DNA of 64,000 nucleotides from Chloroflexota bacterium (GCA_003551705.1 PUNJ01000013.1:7558-71557); one strand, 5' to 3'. Counted from the stretch's first letter, positions 36,529-45,518 are shown. Numbers and translations: made by a program. The notes: a model not told the origin generated them from the letters alone.

Positions 36529-36751
36529 CGGGTTGTTCTGTGAACAGGACAGCCAGGGTTCTCTACGGATTGGGCGGGTTCCCATCACGTCTGAATGACC
36601 TGCATCCAAGGGTCCTGTTAACAGTGGCTAAGATGCGGCCCTTTCTTGCAATCTCCATCAGCGAGAGGATTTCAAAAAATTGAGAAAGCCGCATCGGGAT
36701 TCCTGAATAACTTGAGCCGAAGTCACGGTGGTTGAGATTCGGTGCGGTTCT

Positions 36752-37543
36752 CTAACCTGCCTGCCTGAATGCCTCATCATGTGCGGTTAACGCTGCACCC
36801 AGGGCCGAGACGAACTCAGGGTACTCCGGTATATCGAGCTTGGTGGCCAGGGTATCCTCCAGTATTCTGGCGAAGCCCTTGTTATTTGCAACCCCGCCGC
36901 TGAAGACAACATCTGGCTTTATGCCCATTCGTTTCGCCAAACCAGCCACTCGCGTCGCCATCGAAGCGTGAATGCCCGCGATGATATCGTTCATTGGGGT
37001 GGGCGGTTCCCGGTGCACATGGGATATAACCTCTTGCTCGGCAAAGATGGCGCACATGCTGCTGATCTCTGCAACGCTCTTTGCCTCGAGTGAGGCATCG
37101 GCCATTTTCTGCCAAGGCATGCGCATCAACTTAGCCATTGTCTCCAGGAAGACCCCCGTGCCTGACGCACAACGTTCGTTGCCCAGTGAATCTTCCAGTC
37201 CGCCAAGATCATCCACCCTGACAACCGTACACGTTTCTGCGCCGACATCGATGACTGTCCTGGCAGAAGGTACCAATCGCTTGGCTCCCTTGGCAATGCA
37301 TGAAGCAGGGGACCTTTGTTTCATGGAGAAGGTGACTGATTTTCTGCCTGACCCCGTTGTTGCCAAGAAGGCGATATTCTCAAAGTCGAAAAAGCTTTCT
37401 TCCAGGGCTGCCTGTATGGCCCTGCGTCCATCGATGTCTCCGCCCTCGGAGTTCATAATAAGGCTCTGTGCCAGCAGATCACCATCCAGCAACAATACAG
37501 CCTTCGTGGTCAGATTTCCCATATCAAGTCCAGCTACCAGCAT
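36752..37543 (-). CDS. BadF/BadG/BcrA/BcrD-type ATPase (HgdC-like electron-activating subunit), copy 2
   Basis: ASKHA fold start VAGLDMGNLTTKAV, and cluster-ligand contexts GNERCASGTGVFLE and SSMCAIFAEQEV. Confidence 0.8.
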   Translation of the reverse strand: MLVAGLDMGNLTTKAVLLLDGDLLAQSLIMNSEGGDIDGRRAIQAALEESFFDFENIAFLATTGSGRKSVTFSMKQRSPASCIAKGAKRLVPSARTVIDVGAETCTVVRVDDLGGLEDSLGNERCASGTGVFLETMAKLMRMPWQKMADASLEAKSVAEISSMCAIFAEQEVISHVHREPPTPMNDIIAGIHASMATRVAGLAKRMGIKPDVVFSGGVANNKGFARILEDTLATKLDIPEYPEFVSALGAALTAHDEAFRQAG

Positions 37544-37754
37544 GCTAACCTCACTTCATAGCTTTGTCGCCGGAGGACTGGGTATGGCATTCTTTGGATC
37601 CCTGCCTCCTTCAAAGCCGTGAAGGAAATGGAACTGGTTGTCAAGTACCAGTTCCAGGCAGCTTCGAATGAAGGAGCAGGTGTGGACACGGTACTCAGAG
37701 ACTGCCTTTGAGCCCGACTCATGTGTCGTAGCAGGCCTGGCTGGCCATTTCTGG

Positions 37755-38030
37755 TTACCAGCTATGTTTAATGGCATCCTGCCCGCACGCCGAATGGCAA
37801 TTGACCTCCTTCTTTCGGCAGGCAGCTTCGTAACCGGGACAGAGATATCCCAGCTTGATCCTGACTTCTTCCCTGATCATGGCCACCACCTTGCCGTAAT
37901 CGTCAGCGGCTACCTCAAAGAGTTTCTCCGGGCAGGCGGTAACGCAGTCACCACAGCCGTCACACTTGTCTGTATCTATAGTGATGTAATACTCGCCGGT
38001 GGCATCTGCAAAACCGTAATTGGCCTTCAT
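37755..38030 (-). CDS. Small ferredoxin-like protein (one canonical 4Fe-4S motif plus an atypical Cys set)
   Basis: CDGCGDCVTACP, then C-x6-C-x6-C-x3-C. The ATG overlaps the upstream ATPase stop (ATGA). Confidence 0.7.
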   Translation of the reverse strand: MKANYGFADATGEYYITIDTDKCDGCGDCVTACPEKLFEVAADDYGKVVAMIREEVRIKLGYLCPGYEAACRKKEVNCHSACGQDAIKHSW

Positions 38031-38830
38031 TGGCTCACCACCACGTTTCCTGCTCTATCAAAGGCGAAAAGGGCTGCCCCCAGAGCACCAATGATCTGTG
38101 GGTCCGGGGCGAGTTTCGGTTCGAGCCCTACCTTACTGGTTATCTTCGCAACCATGCCGACGTTCTTGGATATGCCTCCCGTTATGGTGAAATCCCTTTC
38201 TATGCTTATTCTCTTCAACAGATTATGGGACCTGACGGATATAGCTTCGTGCAGGCCGTTGAGGATATCGGCTTTGGCGACTCCTTTCTTGAGAAGTGCC
38301 AAGGCTTCCGACTTGGCAAAAACGGCGCAAATGGTGCTGAAGGGGAAATCCTGCCTCGATTCCAAGGCCAGGGGGCCTATCTCAGTTAGAGGAACGTGGA
38401 GCACATCGGCGATGACCTCCAGGAACCTGCCTGTGCCGCCGGCGCATTTGTCGTTCATTATGAAGTTTGTGACTCGCCCATTCTCGTCGCAGTTTATGGC
38501 CTTGCAGTCCTGGCCGCCCATATCCAGGATTGTTCTGACAGAGGGAAAGTACCAATGGGCGCCGCGGGCATGGCATGATATCTCCGAGACGTTGGCGTTG
38601 GCAAAGGGCACCAGTACCCGGCCATAGCCGGTGGCTATGACATGGGACAGGTGGTCGGGGCTCAACCCGGTCCCGTTGAGTAAGGCGTCGAGGGTGGAGG
38701 TGGATGTCTTGATGCTTTCAGGGCCGGTATCGCAGATCACGGAAGATACAATGCCCCGGTTCCCATTCTCGTTGCTCATGAGCACGGCCTTAGCTCCTCG
38801 CGAGCCTATGTCTATGCCTGCTACGAACAT
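38027..38830 (-). CDS. BadF/BadG/BcrA/BcrD-type ATPase (HgdC-like electron-activating subunit), copy 1
   Basis: FVAGIDIGSRGAKAV, ILDMGGQD, NDKCAGGTGRFLE, STICAVFAKSE. ATG 38830 is preceded by GGAGG. The longer ORF start at 38908 lacks an RBS. Confidence 0.8.
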   Translation of the reverse strand: MFVAGIDIGSRGAKAVLMSNENGNRGIVSSVICDTGPESIKTSTSTLDALLNGTGLSPDHLSHVIATGYGRVLVPFANANVSEISCHARGAHWYFPSVRTILDMGGQDCKAINCDENGRVTNFIMNDKCAGGTGRFLEVIADVLHVPLTEIGPLALESRQDFPFSTICAVFAKSEALALLKKGVAKADILNGLHEAISVRSHNLLKRISIERDFTITGGISKNVGMVAKITSKVGLEPKLAPDPQIIGALGAALFAFDRAGNVVVSQ

Positions 38831-39142
38831 TGTGCCTCCATAGCAAATAGTTTTGATCAGGTTCACTCCGACAAATGAAGCGTAGCGCAGTTGTTGCTCC
38901 CACGTCAATTCGGCGACGAATGGAGATGCAGAGCCTCATGGAGAGGCATCACCTATTGACCACCTGAAGGTAAAGAAGGATACTGTTCGCGTATTTGAGC
39001 TCGCTCAAGTCAGGGAATGGTCTGCGCCCACGGGTCTTGGGGTTTGCAGGGCTACTTAAGAGCAGACGACGAGTTTAAATGCAAAAGGATGGAGTAGACT
39101 GGACCTGTTCGGCCAGACTCCTCACCGAAAGGAGGCCATACC

Positions 39143-39610
39143 ATGTCCGAACATACAATCCCACTGGTCCAATTACCCCCAGTCCAGCAAATTGGGATTG
39201 TGGTCGAAGATATTGACAGAGCCATCGACCAATATGCCCGCTTTGGTTGGGCCCCTTTTCAGGTCTATGAATTCGACAACAAGGGTGTCAGTCTATTTGG
39301 ACGGATCGCCGATTGCCGAATGAAGATCGCTTTCTACAATTCGGGGCCCGTTGAGATCGAGCTTATCCAGGTATTGGAAGGGGACACTCCCCATACACGA
39401 TTCCTTGCAGAGCGGGGCGAAGGTATTCAGCATCTGCGCTTCCAAGTAGAAGGCCTTCAGGAAATTCTCAACAAACTGGCCCAACACGACATAAAGCCCG
39501 TCTTCGGTCACTCCTATCCCGACATCGGCATCGACTTCGCCTACTTGGATACTGACTCTAACGGCGGCGTGATCATAGAACTTATTGGGGTGAGTAAGCC
39601 TGGCAAGTGA
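39143..39610 (+). CDS. VOC (glyoxalase/bleomycin-resistance/dioxygenase) family protein
   Basis: The paired beta-alpha-beta-beta-beta pattern, with QIGIVVEDIDRAI...IELIQ...GIQHLRF...IIELI, resembles methylmalonyl-CoA epimerase/glyoxalase-like proteins. AGGAGG RBS. Confidence 0.75.
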   Translation: MSEHTIPLVQLPPVQQIGIVVEDIDRAIDQYARFGWAPFQVYEFDNKGVSLFGRIADCRMKIAFYNSGPVEIELIQVLEGDTPHTRFLAERGEGIQHLRFQVEGLQEILNKLAQHDIKPVFGHSYPDIGIDFAYLDTDSNGGVIIELIGVSKPGK

Positions 39611-39888
39611 CTTGGGGGGCTTGATGCAAAGCCCTGCCGAATATGAAGACCTTGTCGAGGGTTGAAGCCTTGCACGTTCCGGTCCAATTGGTGAGCTTCT
39701 TGGCTCACCCTGGAATGCAGGATTTGTGGCTGAAACATCACTCAGCAGACTTGCAGGGCTACCTCCGGTGTGTTTCCAGGATACTAACATATCGCGAAAG
39801 CGTACCAATGAAACGTTCAAGATTAACCGCTGGTATCAGCCCAATAGGTGTTTACACCCATTGCGAACTCTGCTCTTCTTGATAAGCT

Positions 39889-39920
39889 ACTTAATGTTTT
39901 TGTAAGAGAAACTTAATGTT
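39889..39920 (+). repeat. Direct repeat ACTTAATGTT x2 with 22-nt period
   Basis: Exact 10-mers at 39889..39898 and 39911..39920, 80-110 nt upstream of the LuxR-type gene. Confidence 0.6.
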
Positions 39921-39999
39921 AAGCCGTATAGGAATGCAAAGTCAGCCCGGTTCCCGTAAAACGGCAAGGTAGTAATCAGGGAAGAAGTTAGGGGGTATT

Positions 40000-40755
40000 A
40001 TGGCAAGCAAGAAAATGAAAACCGTAAGGGTCTACGTTGTGGAGGAGCAAGAAATATACCGTGAAGTCTACAAGTCTGCGCTTGCTTACGATATCCTCAG
40101 GTGTCCTCTTGATCTGCTTGGTATATCTACCAACGGGGACGTGGACCTGTTGCGGCGGTCAATTTCTCAACTTAAACCCGATGTGTTGTTGATGGGCGCC
40201 AAGAGACTTGATAGTTCCCTGATCCAGGAGCTGGAAGAGATACGTGAAGAGTTCCCAGATCTGGGAATCGTTCTGTTGCTGGTCCTGTACGAAACAGAGG
40301 ACGTGAGTTTGCTCAGGAGAATCGCCTCAAGGGGACATGGCGGCATGGCCCTGTTCTTGAAACAGTCGCTGGACCAGATAGTCCAGCTTTCCGGTATCAT
40401 TCTGGCTGCGGGCCAGGGACAGGTTGTCCTGGACCCCACGTTGGCCAGCTTCATGTTTGCGGAAAGGACGGAGTACGGGTTCTTCAAGCAATTGACCAGT
40501 AGAGAATCAGAGATACTGGGTCTGCTGGCACGGGGTTACACCAACTCCGGCATAGCGCAAAGCCTGTTCATCGATCTAAAGACTGTGGAGCACCATATCA
40601 ACAGCATGTATGGCAAACTGCGCTCGGAAGCTGATTTTGACAGTCGACATCCCAGAGTGAGTGCTGCCCGGCTCTATTTGGAAGCCACAGGAGAACTTAC
40701 ATCCGCCCAAGGCAGACCATCATCGTTGAAAGTGCTGCAGGGCTCGTGTAATTAG
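40000..40755 (+). CDS. Atypical (phosphoacceptor-less) receiver plus LuxR-type HTH regulator
   Basis: The receiver-like N-terminus has EE instead of DD (VYVVEEQE) and Gly at the acceptor position (PDVLLMGAK). The LuxR HTH is LTSRESEILGLLARGYTNSGIAQSLFIDLKTVEHHI. Confidence 0.8.
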   Translation: MASKKMKTVRVYVVEEQEIYREVYKSALAYDILRCPLDLLGISTNGDVDLLRRSISQLKPDVLLMGAKRLDSSLIQELEEIREEFPDLGIVLLLVLYETEDVSLLRRIASRGHGGMALFLKQSLDQIVQLSGIILAAGQGQVVLDPTLASFMFAERTEYGFFKQLTSRESEILGLLARGYTNSGIAQSLFIDLKTVEHHINSMYGKLRSEADFDSRHPRVSAARLYLEATGELTSAQGRPSSLKVLQGSCN

Positions 40756-40824
40756 CCTTCTCCTTTGAAGGTTGCATCCTCTACATTAAACAAAGGCCGG
40801 CGCGCCTAAGAAAGGGTATTGTCT

Positions 40825-41196
40825 TCATGGCACCCCTGCACCAGCCGCTTGTGCCACGCGCTGTTTATCCGTCTGGTCCCCCTCTTGTTCACAAGTTTGA
40901 GGTTCCTCTTCCCTGTTCTTCTTTCGGCCTCGTCCTCCCATCTTGCCCCATCTTCTGAAGTCCTCTGTAGTCAGTCCTGCCCTCTTTCTTCGTCCCTGTT
41001 CAACCGGCTTCACGGCAGGCTTTTCCTTGATGAAACGGTCCTCCGGCCGGGCCCAGATATCATTCTTGAATTCCCTCTGCTCACCACAGTGTGTGCATGT
41101 GCCCATGGTAAAGGGCTTAGCCGTGGCCTCAATCAGCCAGTGATGCTTGCATCCTTGAAGCACAATGCCGGGTCCCAACAGAGTCTCTGTAGTCAT
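40825..41196 (-). CDS. Small basic Zn-ribbon protein P2, paralogue of P1 with a longer Arg/Lys-rich tail
   Basis: GCKHHWLIEATAKPFTMGTCTHCGEQREF aligns without gaps to P1. ATG 41196 has AAGGGA upstream. A 12-nt leader motif is shared with P1. Confidence 0.5.
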   Translation of the reverse strand: MTTETLLGPGIVLQGCKHHWLIEATAKPFTMGTCTHCGEQREFKNDIWARPEDRFIKEKPAVKPVEQGRRKRAGLTTEDFRRWGKMGGRGRKKNREEEPQTCEQEGDQTDKQRVAQAAGAGVP

Positions 41197-41385
41197 ATAT
41201 AGACCGTCCCTTCTGGAGCGCACAGCACCTTGCTAATGATTTGTTAACGTACTTGAGGACAGTTTAACCAGCTCTCATCAAGGGTTGCTGTTAACGCCGT
41301 TACACCAAAAGAGTGATCTAGGACACATTTGGCGTATTTGGGGCAGCAAAAAGAGGGGTCGTACAGAGAGAATAGCGGTCAGCGT

Positions 41386-42066
41386 CTAGTATACTCGCCT
41401 TTGCAAGTCTTCGGGACGTGTGATGATGATTCGGTTGCGGCTCAAGTTTATCACACCCATTTTCTGATATAGCCTGAGCTGCTTGTTAACTGCAACTCTG
41501 GTAGCTCCGACCAGGTCGGCGATATCTTGCTGAGTGAGTTTGAGGTTGATTTCAAGTCCCTCTTGAGTCTTGATTCCGTGAGTGTTCGCCAGTTGCAGCA
41601 GCCGTTTGGCCAGCCGGGCAGGCAAATCAAGGAAGATCACGTCCTCGACTAGTGAGTCTGTACCTCTGAGCCGCCGGCTCAGGGCGGCCAGTATGTCGCC
41701 AACGATTTCAGGGTACCGGGTCAGGAAGTCAACGAAATCCTTGCGCTGCAGCACCATGGCTTGTGTGGGCGCCATGGCGATGGCGCTGGCGGACCGGGGA
41801 CTTTCGTCCAGCAGGGATAGCTCACCAAAGAAGTCCCCGTCAGTTAGAATGGCCAGAATAACCTCATCACCCTCGGCCGAGGCAGTTGCTATCTTGACTT
41901 GGCCTCCCTTGATTACATATAGGACAGACCCCGGGTCGTCCTTGTGAAAGATGGTCTCGCCTGCTTTGTAATTCCGTGTGCCGAGCTTGGTTGCAAGGTC
42001 GGCGAGATGCTCGGCCGTGAGGGAGGTGAACAGCGGGATCTGCTTGAGATGGCTTTCTTCCTGCAT
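41386..42066 (-). CDS. Crp/Fnr-family transcriptional regulator
   Basis: cNMP-binding domain (IPLFTSL...GDFFGELSLLD...RSASA) and C-terminal HTH (TQQDIADLVGATRVAVNKQL). ATG 42066 gives the canonical length of about 226 aa. Confidence 0.85.
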   Translation of the reverse strand: MQEESHLKQIPLFTSLTAEHLADLATKLGTRNYKAGETIFHKDDPGSVLYVIKGGQVKIATASAEGDEVILAILTDGDFFGELSLLDESPRSASAIAMAPTQAMVLQRKDFVDFLTRYPEIVGDILAALSRRLRGTDSLVEDVIFLDLPARLAKRLLQLANTHGIKTQEGLEINLKLTQQDIADLVGATRVAVNKQLRLYQKMGVINLSRNRIIITRPEDLQRRVY

Positions 42067-42073
42067 CGTTGTC

Positions 42074-42102
42074 AATATAGCAGAATATGTGGCCCGTTCC
42101 AA
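42074..42102 (-). promoter_or_regulatory. Candidate promoter giving a leaderless crp-family mRNA
   Basis: On the minus strand: TTGGAA, 17-nt spacer, TATATT, then only 7 nt (gacaacg) before ATG 42066. No SD. Confidence 0.45.
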
Positions 42103-42462
42103 GATGCGGTTCCAGTCCTTAGCTGGCAAATAGACGGAGATCATCCCTTGCTAGTAAAGCCTGCGTGAAATTACGATGGAGCCCGTACCGGGAAGAGGGC
42201 GCCTGCCCAGCCGGGGTCTCCGAATATGGATGGGCTTGCTTCTGCGGGAATGGTCTATACGCTGGACTTGGGGCAAATAGTCGGTGATCAACGATGGTGA
42301 TACCGGCAGTACGTTCATCGAGATAGGACTGGCCATCGAGGGGATGGAGAGACAGGATGCAGGGACATGGAATTGCAGCCATAGAGGCAGCACCTTCGCT
42401 TTAGCATATCGAAAGTTGGGGTTGGCTCTATATGGATGCTTTGGGGACCCGGAACTTGGACC

Positions 42463-43491
42463 TCAAAGGATCAGCATAGCGTCGCCGAAACTGTAGAAAC
42501 GGTATCTCAAATGGGCGGCTTCTTCATAGGCCTTCATTATGAGATGGTGTCCGGCGAAGGCTGACACCAGCATGAGCAGGGAGGAGCGCGGCAGGTGGAA
42601 ATTGGTGATCATGCAGTCCACAGACCTGTAGGCGTGTCCTGGTACAATGAATACGCTGGCAGGTCCGGCGAAGGGCGCCACTGGCCGGCCGTCTTGTGCC
42701 CTGAGGGCAGCTTCCTCCAGCAGCCTGACACTCGTCGTGCCCACGGCTACAACTCGGTTGCCCCGGCTTCTGGCTTCGTTTATCTCAGTTGCTGCAGCCG
42801 GGCTCAACTCTGCATACTCCGTATGGATGTGGTGCTCGCTTATATTCTCCACCAGTACGGGACGGAAGGTATCCAGGCCGATATGCAAAGTGCCATATAC
42901 CAATTTGATGCCTGCTTGCCGTACTCTCTGTAGCAGAGCAGGTGTGAAGTGAAGTCCCGCGGTGGGCGCGGCCACACTGCCGCTGGTCCTTGCGTAGACC
43001 GTCTGGTACCGCTCGGGATCGCTGAGACGGGTGTGTATGTAGGGCGGCAGCGGGGTTTCGCCAAGTGAGTCCAGCAGATGCCGGTCAGCGAACCTGACCA
43101 TTCTCAGACCCTCGCCCACGGGTTCCAGTACCTGGAGTTTTGCGCCGGATCCGTTATAACCCTTCACGGTTATCGTTTCACCCGCCTTGATACGCTTAGA
43201 TGGTTTCACGAGGGCCTCCCACAGACTGGGTTCCTGGCTGCGCAGGAGGAGGACTTCCACCTGGCCGCCGCTCTTCCGCTGTCCATGCAGGCGTGCCGGA
43301 ATAACGCGGCTTTCGTTCAAGACCAGGACATCACCGGGGATCAGATAGCGAATGATGTCATGGAAATGCCTGTGTTCAATTTGTCCCGTATTCCGGTGCA
43401 AAACCAGCAAGCGGGAATGGTCCCTGGGCTCAATGGGCGTCTGGGCAATCAGTTCCGGCGGCAGGTGATAATCGAAGTCGCTTGTCTTCAT
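42463..43491 (-). CDS. queA: S-adenosylmethionine:tRNA ribosyltransferase-isomerase
   Basis: FDYHLPPELIAQTPIEPRDHSRLLV...TNFHLPRSSLLMLVSAF. Confidence 0.9.
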   Translation of the reverse strand: MKTSDFDYHLPPELIAQTPIEPRDHSRLLVLHRNTGQIEHRHFHDIIRYLIPGDVLVLNESRVIPARLHGQRKSGGQVEVLLLRSQEPSLWEALVKPSKRIKAGETITVKGYNGSGAKLQVLEPVGEGLRMVRFADRHLLDSLGETPLPPYIHTRLSDPERYQTVYARTSGSVAAPTAGLHFTPALLQRVRQAGIKLVYGTLHIGLDTFRPVLVENISEHHIHTEYAELSPAAATEINEARSRGNRVVAVGTTSVRLLEEAALRAQDGRPVAPFAGPASVFIVPGHAYRSVDCMITNFHLPRSSLLMLVSAFAGHHLIMKAYEEAAHLRYRFYSFGDAMLIL

Positions 43492-43611
43492 GGGCTATCC
43501 ATATAGTGTACCATCATCCCCAAATGTATCGCAGCAGTGTCAGGCTCCATCTGAAGAAAAACTCACGAAGCAGGCAAATGCCGGGCCATGGTGAGGTGGT
43601 GGGCCTGGCAG

Positions 43612-43650
43612 CTAAGAAAAAGGAGCGGGGCCCCGATTGTTGGGGCCCCG
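43612..43650 (-). terminator. Rho-independent terminator after fhs
   Basis: Minus-strand RNA: GGGGCCCC-aacaauc-GGGGCCCC followed by gcuccUUUUUCUU, starting 27 nt after the fhs stop. Confidence 0.6.
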
Positions 43651-43676
43651 GCTGTGATTACTTTGGTCCTTATGAC

Positions 43677-45440
43677 TTAGAACAGGCCGCTGACCTTGCC
43701 GGTGGCGGTATCGATGTCGATGCGCCTGAAGGCGGGGTCTGAGGCCGTGCCGGGCATGAGGCTGATGGTCCCGGCCATGGGGCAGAGGAACTTGGCGCCC
43801 GAATAGATTAGGACGTCGCGAATGGGAAGGGTCCAGCCGGCGGGAACGCCCTTGCGTACCGGGTCATGACTCAGGCTCAGGTGGGTCTTGACCATCATGG
43901 TAGCGTAGTCATTGTACTGCGGGTCGCTCTCCAGCATCTTGGCCTTCTCTTCCGCTTCGGCGGTCCAGGCTACACCGTCGGCACCATAGACCTCCTTGGC
44001 GATCAGGGCGACCCTGTCACGCAGCTTCATTTCCATCGGATAGAGGAACTTGAACTCGTTCTCGTCGTTGCATGCTTCGATGACGGCGTCGGCCAGTTCA
44101 AGGGCTCCTTCGCCGCCATTGGCCCAGTGGGTGGAGAAGGCGCAGCGTGCGCCGGCTGCCTCGGCGGCTTTGCGCACGGCGGCTATCTCATCCTTGGTGT
44201 CGGTATGGAAGCCGTTGATGCAGACCACCGGGTTGATGCCGGCCTTCTTGATGGTGGCGATGTGGTGAAGCATGTTGGGCAAGCCCTTTTCGACCAGCTC
44301 AACGTTCTCCTTGGTATAGGCTTCGGGCAGGGCGAGTCCGGCCACTACCTTGGGTCCGCCGCCGTGCATCTTCAGGGCGCGGATGGTGGTGGTCAAAACG
44401 GATACGTGAGGTTTAAGGCCGCCGAGACGGCACTTCACGTTCCAGAACTTCTCGAAGCCGATGTCCGCAGCGAATCCGCTCTCCGTCACATGATAGTCGA
44501 ACATCTTCAAGCCGATACGGTCGGCGATGATGGACGATTGGCCTATGGCGATATTGGCGAAAGGCCCGGCATGCACCATGCATGGCTGGTACTCTACTGT
44601 GCAGCAGAGGGTGGGGTTGATGGTGTTGCGCATCCAGGCGGTCATGGCACCGCCGACTTCGAGGTCGCCGGTGGTTACCGGCTTTCCCTTCTTGTTGAAG
44701 CCGACCGTGATATTGTCCATTCTTTCCCGCAGGTCTTTGAGATCGTTGGCTATGGAAAGTATGGCCATGAGTTCGGAACCAACGGCGATACCGAACCTGG
44801 ACTGCATGGTGTAGCCGTCCATACGGCCGCCGAGACCTATGATGATATTGCGCAAGCTCTGGGCGCAGAAGTCGATGACCCAGCCCATCTCTACTCGGGT
44901 CGGGTCAACGTCCAGGCGGGGCATGCCCGTGAGGCGGGCCAGTTGCTCGTCGTCGTAGTTGCGCTCGTGCTGCATTCTGGCAGTCAAGGCAACCATGGCC
45001 AGGTTATGTGCGTTTATGATGTCATTGATGTCGCCTGTCAGACCCATGGAGAACTCGGTCATGGGAATGAGCAGGGCGTTGCCGCCACCGGCAGCGGTGC
45101 CTTTTACGTTCATGGTTGGACCGCCCGAAGGCTGTCGTAGACAACCGCCGACATTCTTTCCTCTCTTGCCAAGCCCCTCGATGATCCCGCAAGAGGTCGT
45201 GCTCTTGCCCTCGCCCAGGGGAGTCGGAGTTATGGCGGTGACTTCAACGAACTTGCCATCAGGTTTGCTCTGTAGGCGGTTCATGATATTCAGGAAATCG
45301 AGTTTGGCCAACCGGCCCATGGGGATGATTTCGTCCTTTTGCAGGCCGAGTTTGTCCCGCCACTCGTCTGCTGTTGGCATGTTCTCTTCAGCCAACTCGG
45401 CTATTTGCCAGTCCTTTAGTTCAGTTGCATCGTAGGGCAC
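43677..45440 (-). CDS. fhs: Formate--tetrahydrofolate ligase
   Basis: 587 aa with [31 protein letters not shown] and other FTHFS signatures. Confidence 0.95.
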   Translation of the reverse strand: MPYDATELKDWQIAELAEENMPTADEWRDKLGLQKDEIIPMGRLAKLDFLNIMNRLQSKPDGKFVEVTAITPTPLGEGKSTTSCGIIEGLGKRGKNVGGCLRQPSGGPTMNVKGTAAGGGNALLIPMTEFSMGLTGDINDIINAHNLAMVALTARMQHERNYDDEQLARLTGMPRLDVDPTRVEMGWVIDFCAQSLRNIIIGLGGRMDGYTMQSRFGIAVGSELMAILSIANDLKDLRERMDNITVGFNKKGKPVTTGDLEVGGAMTAWMRNTINPTLCCTVEYQPCMVHAGPFANIAIGQSSIIADRIGLKMFDYHVTESGFAADIGFEKFWNVKCRLGGLKPHVSVLTTTIRALKMHGGGPKVVAGLALPEAYTKENVELVEKGLPNMLHHIATIKKAGINPVVCINGFHTDTKDEIAAVRKAAEAAGARCAFSTHWANGGEGALELADAVIEACNDENEFKFLYPMEMKLRDRVALIAKEVYGADGVAWTAEAEEKAKMLESDPQYNDYATMMVKTHLSLSHDPVRKGVPAGWTLPIRDVLIYSGAKFLCPMAGTISLMPGTASDPAFRRIDIDTATGKVSGLF

Positions 45441-45475
45441 GAATGTCCTCCTTGTCCGACAATGTTTTTTCTATC

Positions 45476-45499
45476 TATGCCTGCCCGCGGGCAGGCATA
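45476..45499. repeat. Perfect 24-nt palindrome in the folD-fhs spacer
   Basis: TATGCCTGCCCG/CGGGCAGGCATA, followed at 45500..45514 by a second hairpin, GTCACC-tgt-GGTGAC. Confidence 0.7.
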
Positions 45500-45518
45500 G
45501 TCACCTGTGGTGACAGTG

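Noticed and set aside
37534-37777. Small ORFs 37556..37777 (73 aa) and 37534..37722 (62 aa) in the 210-nt gap of the ATPase operon
   Set aside because: Neither has a convincing SD, and both overlap neighbouring genes. Their sequences are not recognisable. One could be a real small subunit, but the sequence alone does not support calling it.
37638-38627. 329-aa plus-strand ORF across the ferredoxin and ATPase genes
   Set aside because: It is antisense to two genes with canonical ASKHA and ferredoxin motifs.
43866-45140. 424-aa plus-strand ORF inside fhs
   Set aside because: It is antisense to an unambiguous formate-THF ligase.
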